Source of the DNA: an uncultured Armatimonadia bacterium
Lineage (GTDB): Bacteria; Armatimonadota; Zipacnadia; CAVVLO01
Assembly (NCBI GenBank): GCA_963749155.1
Contig: CAVVLO010000002.1
Span: 736,001-800,000, forward strand
Length of the DNA: 64,000 bases
Direction: 5' to 3'
Positions 1 to 10,091 of this stretch are shown here, in pieces (position 1 is the stretch's first letter; each line of letters begins with the position of its first letter). The notes beneath the pieces were generated by a model that did no database searches, was not told where the DNA came from, and saw nothing but the letters and a program-made list of their open reading frames with translations. The position numbers were made by a program, and so were the translations under genes.

Positions 1-294
1 CCTGCCCGTATCACGAAATATCGGCCCAAAAGCCCAATTATCGCAGTTACCCATAACGAGCATATCCAGCGCAGGTTGCAGCTCTGGTTTGGCGTTATCC
101 CCCTGAGAACCAGGCCTGCCAGCACCGTGGACGAGTTGCTAGCGGGCGCCCTCGAGTGTTCAGTTGCAGCCGGACTGCTCTCTGAAGGCGATCTCGTAAT
201 AATGGTCGGGGGAGTACCCGTGGGTCATGAGGGAGCGACCAATTTCCTCAAAGTGCATGTCGTTGGCGAACAGCTCATAGGTCACGAAAGTTAG
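1..294 (+). CDS. pyk: Pyruvate kinase, C-terminal part (gene starts before window)
   Basis: Frame 1 reads PARITKYRPKSPIIAVTHNEHIQRRLQLWFGVIP...GDLVIMVGGVPVGHEGATNFLKVH, the typical pyruvate kinase C-domain. Confidence 0.9.
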   Translation, partial: PARITKYRPKSPIIAVTHNEHIQRRLQLWFGVIPLRTRPASTVDELLAGALECSVAAGLLSEGDLVIMVGGVPVGHEGATNFLKVHVVGEQLIGHES

Positions 295-317
295 TCTCAG
301 CGAGGCAATAGCGGAAT

Positions 318-758
318 ATGCCCACTTCAGCAAGAGCACGAAGTCTTTTCAGGCGCCACTCGGGCTGGCTCTTTGGCCTGGTGGTTATCTGCTCGATTGG
401 CGCAGCGGTGCTTATCTCGCCAGGCGTTAGAAAATGCCAGGTCTGGTCCTCAAGCGTGGAGGAGACGCGTCGCCAGGTTGCCGTGCTTGATCAACGCAAG
501 TCAGCTCTGCTGGATCAGTTCACCATCGGCCAGGAAGCCATGCTCGAGCGAAAAGCCCACGAGCTTGGTCAAGTGAAGCCAGGGGAGGTACTCATCCAGG
601 TAGTGCCTAGTCCAGAAGCCAAGGCGCCCCTGCAAGCTTTGCGTCAATACTGGTACCCTCAGCGAGAGCTGGAACCCGAAGTGCCGGCTCTCATCCTCGA
701 AAAACCAAAAAAAACTTCTCCCAGCCCTAAAGTTTTACCGCTATCCGCCGATAAGTAG
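318..758 (+). CDS. Septum formation initiator (FtsB/DivIC-like)
   Basis: One N-terminal TM helix, a coiled coil, then LERKAHELGQVKPGEVLIQV resembling the FtsB/DivIC E-AR-LG-VKPGE motif. Confidence 0.6.
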   Translation: MPTSARARSLFRRHSGWLFGLVVICSIGAAVLISPGVRKCQVWSSSVEETRRQVAVLDQRKSALLDQFTIGQEAMLERKAHELGQVKPGEVLIQVVPSPEAKAPLQALRQYWYPQRELEPEVPALILEKPKKTSPSPKVLPLSADK

Positions 759-787
759 AGCAACACACACGCGCGGAAGGCGCCCTT

Positions 788-1594
788 ATGGACTTTGGTA
801 AAATAATCGGCCTGGTATTGGTGCCCGGTATTTTGTTTGCCGGTGTCTCAATCAGCGGCGGCGTTGGAGCCTTCAACGATCCGCCCGCTCTTCTAATCGT
901 ATTTGGCGGCACGCTTGCGACCGCCTTCCTTGCCTTGCCCCTGTCAGTGTTGATGGCAGCGCCAAAAGCCTTTCTCAAGCTTGTGCTTGGGAAGGAAACC
1001 AATCCCGTCGAACTGATAGTTGCCCTGGTTACCCTGGCCAGGCGCGCCAGGAAAGAAGGCCTGCTGGCCCTCGAAAACGATATCGAGTCCATCGAAGATC
1101 CCTTCCTGCGCAAGGGTATGCAACTGGCGGTGGACGGGATGGAGCCTAACGGCTTGCGCGAGGTGCTTCAGCTCGAAATCAAGTCTATGAAGCAACGCCA
1201 TGCTGTCAACCGCTCCTTCTTCGATCATGGTTCGGTAATTGCCCCAGGATTCGGCCTGATCGCAACTCTGATGGGGCTAATCCACATGCTTGGCAATCTG
1301 TCCGACCCCAGCTCGCTTGGCCCCTCGATGGCTATGGCCTTCATTGGCACCTTCTACGGAGGCGTCTTGGCTTACGCTATCGTCATTCCCATCAGCGGCG
1401 CCTTGTTCAACAAGACTGAGGACGAGGGACGCATCCGGTCTATGGTGCTGGAAGGCGTAATCGGCATCCAGAGCGGCGAAAGCCCGCGTGTAATCGAAGA
1501 AAAACTCAAAGCTTTCCTGCCCCCCGCCAAGCGCAAGCTGGTGCCTGACCTGAGTTCTGGCGCGGGAGGTGAGGCCCGTGACGCCGCCGCCTGA
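788..1594 (+). CDS. motA: Flagellar stator A subunit (MotA/PomA family)
   Basis: ALLIVFGGT, ARKEGLLALE, DPFLRKGMQLAVDG, APGFGLIATLMGLI, EGVIGIQSGESPR motifs; 268 aa. Confidence 0.93.
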   Translation: MDFGKIIGLVLVPGILFAGVSISGGVGAFNDPPALLIVFGGTLATAFLALPLSVLMAAPKAFLKLVLGKETNPVELIVALVTLARRARKEGLLALENDIESIEDPFLRKGMQLAVDGMEPNGLREVLQLEIKSMKQRHAVNRSFFDHGSVIAPGFGLIATLMGLIHMLGNLSDPSSLGPSMAMAFIGTFYGGVLAYAIVIPISGALFNKTEDEGRIRSMVLEGVIGIQSGESPRVIEEKLKAFLPPAKRKLVPDLSSGAGGEARDAAA

Positions 1595-2363
1595 AGACGA
1601 TGAACCCGAAATGCAGGAAGAGTCGGTTCCCAGATGGCTGATGACTTATGCAGATATGATTACCCTCTGCATGGCCTTCTTCGTATTGCTCTATTCCTTT
1701 TCGATCATCGACTTGCAGAAGTTCAAGGATGCCGCAGGCTCAATCGGCGCCTCCTTTGGCGCCATCGAATCGGAAGGGGGCTCGGGTGGAAGCGATGGCC
1801 TGCTGGAAGGCTCCTCCGAAGCCAAGCCCTTTGGGGCGCAAGAGTTGCACATCCCGACTGGCGAATACATGGCCATTAAGGCCGAGATAGACAAATTGGT
1901 GCAAGAGATGGGTCTGCAAGGCCAGGTCGAAGTCCAACTCGTGCAAGAAGGCTTCAGTGTGCGCGTACTGGATGCTATCCTCTTCGACTCAGGCTCGGCA
2001 GATTTACGTCCACTTGCCAGGAAGGTCTTGAGCCGTATTGTGATGGCACTTGGCCAAACGCCTTACTCACTGCGGGTAGAGGGACACACCGATTCACTGC
2101 CCATAAGCACTCCGCGCTTCCCTTCCAACTGGGAACTGTCGGCAGCCAGAGCGGCGACCGTGGTGCATCACCTGGTCCAGATGCGCCTGATTGCTCCAGA
2201 GCGCCTTTCTCTGGCCGGATATGGGCCTTACAGGCCTGTCGCGCCCAACACTACAGACGTCGGGCGAGGCAAGAATCGTCGCATCGAGCTTGTCGTGCTG
2301 GCGCCGAGTCCCGAGTTTAACCAGCCGCCCAACTTGCTTGCTTCCCCTATCAATAGCAGTTGA
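1569..2363 (+). CDS. motB: Flagellar stator B subunit (MotB/PomB family, OmpA-like PG-binding domain)
   Basis: WLMTYADMITL..FFVLLY TM with conserved Asp; LFDSGSADL, VEGHTD, SNWELSAARA, NRRIE motifs; overlaps motA end. Confidence 0.93.
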   Translation: MRPVTPPPEDDEPEMQEESVPRWLMTYADMITLCMAFFVLLYSFSIIDLQKFKDAAGSIGASFGAIESEGGSGGSDGLLEGSSEAKPFGAQELHIPTGEYMAIKAEIDKLVQEMGLQGQVEVQLVQEGFSVRVLDAILFDSGSADLRPLARKVLSRIVMALGQTPYSLRVEGHTDSLPISTPRFPSNWELSAARAATVVHHLVQMRLIAPERLSLAGYGPYRPVAPNTTDVGRGKNRRIELVVLAPSPEFNQPPNLLASPINSS

Positions 2364-2384
2364 CGATACTCTGCCCAGGGCGTT

Positions 2385-3290
2385 ATGCTCCTGCCCAGTA
2401 TGAAGCTGAACCTGGGCGTAGATTGCCATTGCCACTGTTTTCCTGACTCGGTGTCCGAGGCAGCCGCGGCGGCTATCCAGGAAGGCTATCCTGGGTCGCT
2501 GGTCGCCGAACCGCGTCTCGAGGCGTTGCTTGCCGGGCTTGTTGAAGCTGAACTGGTGGCAGGAGTTATTGTTTCTATTGCTACCAGGCCCAGCCAGGTC
2601 GAGAACATCGCGCGCTGGGCAGCGGGTATTAACAAAGCCTCGAAGCTGCTCGAAGCACTTGGGCAGGGACGTATCCCCAGTCAAACAGATTTCGAGCAGC
2701 CTGAAGCAATTGCTTTAGGAGGACTCCATCCAGCCTCAACAACCAAGGCCGCCGATGTCGCTCTGCTGCGGGCGCTTGGCCTGCCGGGTGTGAAATTCCA
2801 GCCTCGTTTCCAGCAGTATGATGCCGATTCCGAAGAAGCTATCGAGCTTTACAAACTAATCCAGAAGGACTTCATCTGTGTCTTCCATTCGGGCCAGGAG
2901 TTCCCGCCGATGGATCCCCTGCCCTCGGAGCCTCGCAAGCTGCGTCATATCCTTGATGAGGCGCCCGATCTTTTAATGGTCGCAGCCCATACCGGCGGCT
3001 ACCAGCGCTGGGACGACGTTGAACGCTATCTGGTTGGGACAGCGTGCTATTTCGAGGTTTCTTTTACCTTTGGCGAACTACCCGATGCTCGCCTTGTCGA
3101 CCTGCTGCGAGCGCATGGGATGGATCGGGTGCTGTTCGGCACCGACTGGCCCCTGCGCAATCAGCGCGACTATCTGGCGCGTTTTATGGAGTTGCCTCTC
3201 ACCCCTGATGAACGTGATGCTGTGCTGTGGCACAACGCTGTCCGCCTATTTTCTGACGTTGTTAAGGCCCGCAAAGCGCTTCAAGTTTGA
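2385..3290 (+). CDS. Amidohydrolase family protein (amidohydrolase_2 TIM barrel)
   Basis: DCHCH metal motif, FHSG, AAHTGG, RVLFGTDWP, NA..LF C-terminus. Confidence 0.85.
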   Translation: MLLPSMKLNLGVDCHCHCFPDSVSEAAAAAIQEGYPGSLVAEPRLEALLAGLVEAELVAGVIVSIATRPSQVENIARWAAGINKASKLLEALGQGRIPSQTDFEQPEAIALGGLHPASTTKAADVALLRALGLPGVKFQPRFQQYDADSEEAIELYKLIQKDFICVFHSGQEFPPMDPLPSEPRKLRHILDEAPDLLMVAAHTGGYQRWDDVERYLVGTACYFEVSFTFGELPDARLVDLLRAHGMDRVLFGTDWPLRNQRDYLARFMELPLTPDERDAVLWHNAVRLFSDVVKARKALQV

Positions 3291-4325
3291 ACCAGCAGCC
3301 TGGCGATACCTTCTCCCTCAGCGATGCCAGCATGGTGAGATGTCAGTCTAATATCTCCGTGAGGTCGAAGCGGCCCAAGTGATTCCACCAGCCCCGCCTG
3401 GGGCGCTCTTAGCTCAACTCTGACGCCTTCCAGGACAGACCACACAGTGCCTAGCAACTCCCCCGCCGCGACCTCCACTCCAGCCCGTATAGCGGGTTCG
3501 AATATTCCGGCAATCGGCGCGGTTACAGAGATCCGCCCACAGCCGTCGCTCACGTAATAGTTGGCCGGCACTTCTGTCTCGAAGGGGTACATTCCAAGAT
3601 AAGCCAGGCTGTTTCTTAGCCCTCTTACCCCCTCTCGAACACTCTGGGGGTAGACGCTATATTGACCGGCAAGCTCCACTGTGAGAGCGTTTTTGCCAGC
3701 GTTCAAAGCAGTGTGCAGCAGCATCCTGGACTCGGGCCGGTCCTTGTCAGTGTCAATACGAGGGTCCAACCTCAATCCGGGGCAATCCAAATGCGCGCGC
3801 GAACTCCATCTGGTCCAGAGTCGCAAGTACCGCCGAGCAACCAAGCTTTTCCCAGCAATGCAAATCAAGCACTGCGTCCGCCTGTTTAACCCCTGCCTCC
3901 CATAGGGCTGCTGAGAGTCGCTCGGTCGAGTTGCCTTCGCGCTTGCCTGGCCAGGTGCGATTCATATTATGTGGATTGTCGCCAGAATACGGCTCTTCCG
4001 CCTCCTGGGACAGGAAGTGTCTTCTGTGCGCATATGCCAGTGGATTGGCAAGTGGAGCCACGAGCAACTCCCCCTTCAGCTTGTTCGCCTGGAGTTCAGC
4101 AAGTACCTTGCAGGCCGCCACAGAGCCATTTAGCTCTATCCCATGCTGGGCAGCGATGACCGCCAGAAGCGGGCCAGGCTGACTGCCCACAAGTCTGAGA
4201 AGGGGGATACACACTACCTCGCCTGATTCTAGCGGTACCTCCAGTAGCTGCAGCTTGCATGCTGCCGGAAGAAAACTCTCTGACTCGTCAGAGTCCATAT
4301 CTGGCCTCCACAAAAGGATTTCCAA
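3281..4325 (-). CDS. Succinylglutamate desuccinylase/aspartoacylase (M14-like) family protein, frameshifted
   Basis: GPLLAVIAAQHGIELNG, ANPLAY, NMNRTWPG, VLDLHC in ORF 3753-4325; LTVELAG and a biotinyl-like tail in ORF 3281-3868. Frameshift near 3760-3800. Confidence 0.8.
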
Positions 4326-4510
4326 TCTGTTTGCCGAGTCAACCGAGCTTCCTGCAGGAAAGCCTTTTAGTAGAACGAACTAGCCCTTCGACCCTAAGCC
4401 ACTTGCGGCAGTTGGGTGAATGCTGGTAATCTGGCGCACGGTCAGGGTCCCCTCGGGCCTTGGGCGTGTTATAAGGTTGCCCTGATTCGAACTGACTGGA
4501 GACACTCCTG

Positions 4511-6511
4511 ATGCGGCCTGGTGGCATAAAGGCTGACGCCGAGTTCGGTGACGCTGCCCAACAAGGCGAGCGTGGTCAGCTTCTAACACTTAGTAAACGC
4601 GCTTTCCTGCTTGGTCTTCTGCTCATTCCGCCTATGGTTTACTGGGTGGAGTTGATGGAGATCAAGTGGAATGTCTCCGATGGTACCTGCGTCTCCATCT
4701 TCTTCGCGGTAATCTTTGCCTTGTTCGTGCTGGCGCTGCTTAACAGGCTGGTCGCGCGCTATCTGCCGCGATTTGCCTTCAGCCAGGGCGAGCTTGTGCT
4801 GATTTACGTAATGCTCTCATGTGCCGTTGCAGTCGCTGGCCACGATATGATGGGCAACGCCCTGCCCAACTTGCAAAACCTCTTCTGGTTCGACACGCCC
4901 GAAAACCGCTGGGACGAGATGCAGCAATATGTACCCCAGTGGTTCTCGATCCGCGACAAGGACGTGCTGAAGGGCTTCTACCTCGGGGAATCCAGTATCT
5001 GGGCGCCTGACCATCTGGTGCCCTGGCTCAAAATGATGGCAGTTTGGGGCGGTTTCCTCGCTGTCGTCATCTTCGTGATGATCTGCATCAACGTCATATT
5101 GCGCCGCCAGTGGACCGAGGTTGAACGCCTGACCTACCCCTTGATGCAACTGCCCCTCGAGATGACCAGTCAGCGCAAGGACAACCTCTGGACCAACAAG
5201 GTTATGTGGCTCGGGTTCGCCATACCCTTCCTGATAGAAAATATGAACGCTTTCCATTATCTGTATCCGGCTGTCCCGAGTGTCCAGATAAAACTGTATG
5301 ACCTGGGGCAGTTCTTCACTTCGCGTCCCTGGAATGGTATGGGCTGGACGCCGATATCCTTCTATCCTTTTGCGATAGGGTTTATTTTCTTCTTGCCAAC
5401 CGATCTGGCTTTCAGTTGCTGGTTCTTCTACCTGCTACGCAAAATCACCGAAGTAGCCACCACGGCGATTGGCTGGCACGATCCAGGCGCAGCCTCTGGC
5501 CTGGCGCGATTCCCCTACACCTATGAGCAGGGCAGTGGCGCCTGGATTGGACTTTTCGTGTTTGCGCTCTGGGCTAGCCGCGGGCACCTGGCTGAAGTGT
5601 GGAACAAGATCCTCGGCAGGCCAACCTATCTGGACGACTCTAATGAGTCTATGAGTTATCGGATGGCTTTTGCCGGTATGGTGCTTGGTTTTGCGGCCAT
5701 CATCGCTTTCTGTATGGCGGCGGGAATGAGCTTCGGAATCGCCGTTATGTTTTTCGCTATCTACTATATGCTCTGTATCGCCATCACCCGCGTACGCGCC
5801 GAGCTTGGGCCGCCCGCCCATGAGACCAACTGGGTTCGCCCCGAGATGATGGTTATCTGGACCTTCGGCACCAAAGCCATTGGCCCAGCAAACCTGACGA
5901 TAATGAGCTACTTCTACTGGTTCAACCGGGGCTACCGCAACCTCGTGATGCCGCATCAGCTGGAAGGCTTCAAACTGGCAGAGCTTACCGGCACCCAGCC
6001 CAAGCAGATGATGAAAGCCATAATGATCGCCTGCGCGCTGGGCATAGTGGCGTCCTTCTGGGCCCTGCTGGATATGTATTATCGCGAGGGAGCAGCGACG
6101 GCCCGAGTGGCAGGTGGCTACCGGACTGGCATCGGCAACTATGCTTTCGACCGACTCAAGGGCTGGCTGACCAATGAAGCGCCAATTGATGTGCCCGCGC
6201 TGATGGGAGAAGGCTTCGGCCTCTTCTTCGTGCTGGGACTCGTGTTCTTCAAGAACCGGTTCCTGGGCTGGCCGCTCCATCCAGCCGGTTACGCCCTTGC
6301 GATGAGTTATGCGCTGGAATATTTCTGGTTCTGTTTCTTCCTGTCCTGGCTCATCAAGACGCTGCTTGTCAAATACGGCGGAGTGCGCCTGTATCGCAAG
6401 GCCATACCCTTCTTCCTGGGAGTAATAATCGGCGATTATGTGATGGCAAGCGCCTGGGCGCTTGTAAGCCCAATCGCAGGCATACGAACGTATCAGTTCT
6501 TTATTTTCTAA
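4511..6511 (+). CDS. Large polytopic membrane protein, DUF6785/DUF6784-type (putative transporter)
   Basis: 666 aa, many TM helices; ELVLIYVM, ILRRQW..ERLTYPL..LP, RVRAELG and WPLHPAGY motifs characteristic of this family. Confidence 0.7.
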   Translation: MRPGGIKADAEFGDAAQQGERGQLLTLSKRAFLLGLLLIPPMVYWVELMEIKWNVSDGTCVSIFFAVIFALFVLALLNRLVARYLPRFAFSQGELVLIYVMLSCAVAVAGHDMMGNALPNLQNLFWFDTPENRWDEMQQYVPQWFSIRDKDVLKGFYLGESSIWAPDHLVPWLKMMAVWGGFLAVVIFVMICINVILRRQWTEVERLTYPLMQLPLEMTSQRKDNLWTNKVMWLGFAIPFLIENMNAFHYLYPAVPSVQIKLYDLGQFFTSRPWNGMGWTPISFYPFAIGFIFFLPTDLAFSCWFFYLLRKITEVATTAIGWHDPGAASGLARFPYTYEQGSGAWIGLFVFALWASRGHLAEVWNKILGRPTYLDDSNESMSYRMAFAGMVLGFAAIIAFCMAAGMSFGIAVMFFAIYYMLCIAITRVRAELGPPAHETNWVRPEMMVIWTFGTKAIGPANLTIMSYFYWFNRGYRNLVMPHQLEGFKLAELTGTQPKQMMKAIMIACALGIVASFWALLDMYYREGAATARVAGGYRTGIGNYAFDRLKGWLTNEAPIDVPALMGEGFGLFFVLGLVFFKNRFLGWPLHPAGYALAMSYALEYFWFCFFLSWLIKTLLVKYGGVRLYRKAIPFFLGVIIGDYVMASAWALVSPIAGIRTYQFFIF

Positions 6512-6573
6512 ATAAGCCTGGGCTTCAACCTTATATGTTTCACCCGTCTTGCCGGGGGGTAGTTTGTGTTAGA

Positions 6574-7098
6574 ATGGATTCAGTAGCAGGAGAACCTCCT
6601 TTAGGAGCGAAAAAGGGACCGTTATGGGCTCCCTGGCGGCTGGAGTATGTTGAAGGGCCACCGCCAGGAGGATGTATCTTCTGTGACAAGCCGGCGCTTG
6701 GTGATGACCGGACCGCGTTGATAATCGCGCGGTGGGAAACCTGTTTTGCCATACTCAACAGGTTTCCTTACAACAACGGGCATCTGATGCTGGCGCCCTT
6801 CCGCCATGAGGCGGAATTGTCTGGGCTCGAGCCGCGGGAGCGGCATGAACTTGCTGACCGCGTCGCACTGGCAGGCGAGGCGCTGAAGCGCGCGTTTTCG
6901 CCTGATGGGCTCAATGTGGGCCTCAACCTGGGCGAGGCAGCAGGAGCGGGAGTAGCAGGCCATTTGCACTGGCATATCGTGCCGCGCTGGCATGGAGACA
7001 CCAACTTTATGCCCGTGCTTGCAGATACCAAGGTCATACCTCAGGCGCTGGACAAGACCTGGGAGATACTAAAGTCAGTTCTTGAAGACCTGGGCTAA
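6574..7098 (+). CDS. HIT family hydrolase (Ap4A phosphorylase-like)
   Basis: LWAPWR, CIFC, LNRFPYNNGHLM, AGAG..HLHWHIVPRW.GDTNFMP. Confidence 0.9.
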   Translation: MDSVAGEPPLGAKKGPLWAPWRLEYVEGPPPGGCIFCDKPALGDDRTALIIARWETCFAILNRFPYNNGHLMLAPFRHEAELSGLEPRERHELADRVALAGEALKRAFSPDGLNVGLNLGEAAGAGVAGHLHWHIVPRWHGDTNFMPVLADTKVIPQALDKTWEILKSVLEDLG

Positions 7099-7131
7099 GC
7101 CAACCGGCATTAATGCCAGGGAGGGACTGGA

Positions 7132-8655
7132 ATGAAGCGGACCGCCTTTGTGCTCGTAGCCATTCTTGCATTGGCTGTATTTGCACAAGCTGTCCTGGCA
7201 CTGCCCGTCGAGATAACCTCGCCGAAGGCAGGACAGGTAGTAAAACAGAGTGTCAAACTGACCGCAATAAAAGACCGGCCTGATGAGGGTTATGTCAGTT
7301 TCTTCGTCGACGATATGTTTGTCGCGGCGTTGACCCAGCCCTTCTCAATCAACTGGGACGTGAAGGAATTCGTCGCGGTAGCCGAGCGGCTGCGCGATGA
7401 ATACCGGTCGGGCGAGCGAGTTGGTTCGCCGGTAACTGTCCCTGCTATTGATGGAGAACATACTGTCAGGGTCGTTGCTTATGACAACACCGGGGAGGTC
7501 ACCGGAGAAGACACTCTTACCTTCACCGTGACCAACAGCATCAAGCTGGAAGGTGACCCCGCTGTCAGGCTCAAGTATGGATTCGAGTTGCTTCAAGAGT
7601 CCATCTACGATATCGACACCAACCTGGCGCTTGAGGTAGCCGGTCCTGCTGCGATCAGCTCCAAGGGTAAATCCTTCGAGAAGCTTCGCGATATCGTCAC
7701 CCGCAGCCAGGGCGCCGAGGGTGGGATGATTTACCGCAAGTCCTTGCAGGGCTGGAAGCAGCAGATGGGTTCTGCCCGGTTGCTGGACGATGCGGGCAAG
7801 TCACTTACCTTCAATATGGATCTCGTGGGCGTGCAAGAATTCGTCCGCGGCGATGACTTCAAGCCTTTTATCTGCTCGCCTTACGTGCCGCTGCCCGGCA
7901 AGCCGGTCCGAGTCAAGGAAAGCTGGCATGGCAAGATCCCCGTATCAATCGAGGGGCAGCAGTTCGACCTTACCGGCACTAGCACACTGCAGAACCTCGA
8001 GTGGGAAAGCGGCTACAAGTGCGCAAAAATCGTCAGCACCTTCAGCGGAGGCGCGCAAGTGCCGGCTGAAGTTGGCGGTCAACTCGCCATGGTGAAGGGC
8101 GACATCTCCGGCACCAAAACAACCTGGCTCGATTATGGCACTGGCAGGATCATCAAGGTAACGCAGGCACTAACCGGCAAAGCCACAGTAACAAGCGCGC
8201 AGCTCCAGGAAGCCCTCAGCGCAATGCTGGGCACCGGACGCAGCTCGGCGCCTGGCGCCGCTGGCCAGGGAGCGCAGCAGCGTATGCCGGGAACCGGCAC
8301 CAGTGGTATGGCTCCAATGATGGCTCCGATGATGTCGATGCCCGGTATGGGTTCGATGACCGGTGGCCCGCCTTCACCTATGATGGCCGCTGGTATGATG
8401 GGAGCAACAGGCGGTATGGCCCCAGGCGGGATGCCCGGTATGATGCCACCTTCACCCACAATGGCCTCTGGTATGATGATGCCAGGTGGCGGACCGATGA
8501 TGATGCCAGGTGCTGGTGGAGGCGGTTGGTCCGGTGGAGGAGTAACTCCTGGCTCAAGCGGGATGTTCCAGCAGCAGCAGCAGCCTGCGGTCCCTCTCGA
8601 CATCAATTACATAGCCGACTCCGTGCTTGTACTGGGTACGTTGGAGTCGGAGTAG
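7132..8655 (+). CDS. Secreted protein with N-terminal Ig-like domain and Met/Gly/Pro-rich insert
   Basis: Sec signal peptide; VEITSPKAGQVV...FFVDD...WD...DGEHTVRVVAYD Ig-like fold; low-complexity stretch at about 8240-8580. Confidence 0.65.
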   Translation: MKRTAFVLVAILALAVFAQAVLALPVEITSPKAGQVVKQSVKLTAIKDRPDEGYVSFFVDDMFVAALTQPFSINWDVKEFVAVAERLRDEYRSGERVGSPVTVPAIDGEHTVRVVAYDNTGEVTGEDTLTFTVTNSIKLEGDPAVRLKYGFELLQESIYDIDTNLALEVAGPAAISSKGKSFEKLRDIVTRSQGAEGGMIYRKSLQGWKQQMGSARLLDDAGKSLTFNMDLVGVQEFVRGDDFKPFICSPYVPLPGKPVRVKESWHGKIPVSIEGQQFDLTGTSTLQNLEWESGYKCAKIVSTFSGGAQVPAEVGGQLAMVKGDISGTKTTWLDYGTGRIIKVTQALTGKATVTSAQLQEALSAMLGTGRSSAPGAAGQGAQQRMPGTGTSGMAPMMAPMMSMPGMGSMTGGPPSPMMAAGMMGATGGMAPGGMPGMMPPSPTMASGMMMPGGGPMMMPGAGGGGWSGGGVTPGSSGMFQQQQQPAVPLDINYIADSVLVLGTLESE

Positions 8656-8678
8656 AGTCTCAATCAGACTGAGCAAAC

Positions 8679-8706
8679 AAGGGACGCCTTCGGGCGTCCC
8701 TTTCTC
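8679..8706 (+). terminator. Rho-independent terminator
   Basis: GGGACGCC-TTCG-GGCGTCCC followed by TTTCTC. Confidence 0.85.
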
Positions 8707-8727
8707 TTGGGATACCGGAGGACAAAA

Positions 8728-9591
8728 ATGGTCGCTGGTCGCAAAATTGCTTTTCTTGCAAGCCTTGGCTTCACCCAGGAACCTGCCGAACAGGTTGTTG
8801 AAACTCTCGCCGGGTTTGGTTATGACGGGGTAGAGTGGACGATGGCTCATCTGAATCCTCACGCTGACTGGCAAGTCGCCAGGCGGGCTGTGGAAGCCAC
8901 CCACGCGGCAGGGCTCGAGGTCTCGGAACTGGTGGTTCAGCAAGACCCTGTTACCTTCGATGAAGAGCGCCGGGCCGCTGCCATCGACACCACCCTCAAG
9001 GCTATCGACTTGGCCGCTGAGCTTGGCATCGAGACCCTCAACGTCTTCACTGGCCCCGCGCCCTGGGACCCCTCCGCCCCTAAACTTAACGGCGACCTCA
9101 CTGAGCGGATGGCCTGGGACCAGGTCTCATCCGCCTTCGAAGTCTGGCTGACAAGGGCCGAACAGCGCAAAGTCGTCCTGGCCGTCGAGACCGTCTTTGG
9201 GATGCTCGTCCACGATTATTACACCTTACTCGAGCTGAACAGGCGCTTCTGCTCCTCAGCCTTGCGCGTGAACTGGGATCCCTCCCATGCGGTGCTCCAC
9301 GGACAGGATCCCATCTTCCCTATTACAGCACTGGGTGACAAGATTGCCCATTTCCACCTCAAGGATGCGGTGGGCACTGCCCAGAGCCTCGACTTGATGG
9401 CCTTCCCCATGCTTGGAGAGGGACGCGTCGACTGGACAGCCTTCTTCGCGGCAGCAAGTGAAATCAACTACCAGGGTTTTTATTCGGTGGAATTCGAATC
9501 GTTTGGTTATTACGCCAAGGTGCTGCGCAGTCCGGCAGCTGCGGCGGAAGTCTCCATGATGCAGGTGAAGGCGCTGCTGGGAGCAGATTAG
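8728..9591 (+). CDS. Sugar phosphate isomerase/epimerase (xylose isomerase-like TIM barrel)
   Basis: GYDGVEW, LAVE, NWDPSH, HFHLKD, GEGRVDW, YSVEFE motifs; SD GGAGG upstream. Confidence 0.85.
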   Translation: MVAGRKIAFLASLGFTQEPAEQVVETLAGFGYDGVEWTMAHLNPHADWQVARRAVEATHAAGLEVSELVVQQDPVTFDEERRAAAIDTTLKAIDLAAELGIETLNVFTGPAPWDPSAPKLNGDLTERMAWDQVSSAFEVWLTRAEQRKVVLAVETVFGMLVHDYYTLLELNRRFCSSALRVNWDPSHAVLHGQDPIFPITALGDKIAHFHLKDAVGTAQSLDLMAFPMLGEGRVDWTAFFAAASEINYQGFYSVEFESFGYYAKVLRSPAAAAEVSMMQVKALLGAD

Positions 9592-10091
9592 TGTTCTGGC
9601 GCAAGAAGAAGCCGACTGAGCCTGAGCTGACAAAAGCCGCTGCGGGCAGCAAGTTGCTCGAGGAAGGCTTCGCGGCGAAGGCTGAGCCCCTGTTAAGCCA
9701 GGCCGTAAAAGAGCAACCTCACGATCACAAAGTCTGGGGTAATCTCGGCGTTGCGCGCCTTTACCTGCAGCAATTCGATGAAGCTCTCAGTGCCTTGCGC
9801 AAGGCGGTAAAACTCGCTCCTGGGCAGCCCACCCACCGCCTTAATCTGGCCGTGGCTTTACATCAGTCTGGCCACACAGGAGAAGCCGTCAGTGAGCTAC
9901 GCTCCCTATGTCAGACGCATCCCGAGGTGGCTGACGTTCACTACAATCTGGCAGTTGCTCTGGCTTCGCTTGATGAGATCGATGAAGCAATAGAAGAACT
10001 GCGAGTCGAGATCGCCCTTAATCGGCGTCACGAGCGAGCGATCACTCTCCTTGCCAACTTGCTCCAGGTGCAGATGAGCCGGGAGCACTAG
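9591..10091 (+). CDS. Tetratricopeptide repeat protein
   Basis: TPR patterns WGNLGVA, RLNLAVAL, HYNLAVAL. Confidence 0.8.
   Translation: MFWRKKKPTEPELTKAAAGSKLLEEGFAAKAEPLLSQAVKEQPHDHKVWGNLGVARLYLQQFDEALSALRKAVKLAPGQPTHRLNLAVALHQSGHTGEAVSELRSLCQTHPEVADVHYNLAVALASLDEIDEAIEELRVEIALNRRHERAITLLANLLQVQMSREH

Noticed and set aside
788..2363. motAB as Zorya ZorAB anti-phage system
   Set aside because: MotA is 268 aa with no long ZorA tail, keeps the flagellar torque motif RKEGLLALE, and has no zorC/D/E neighbours.
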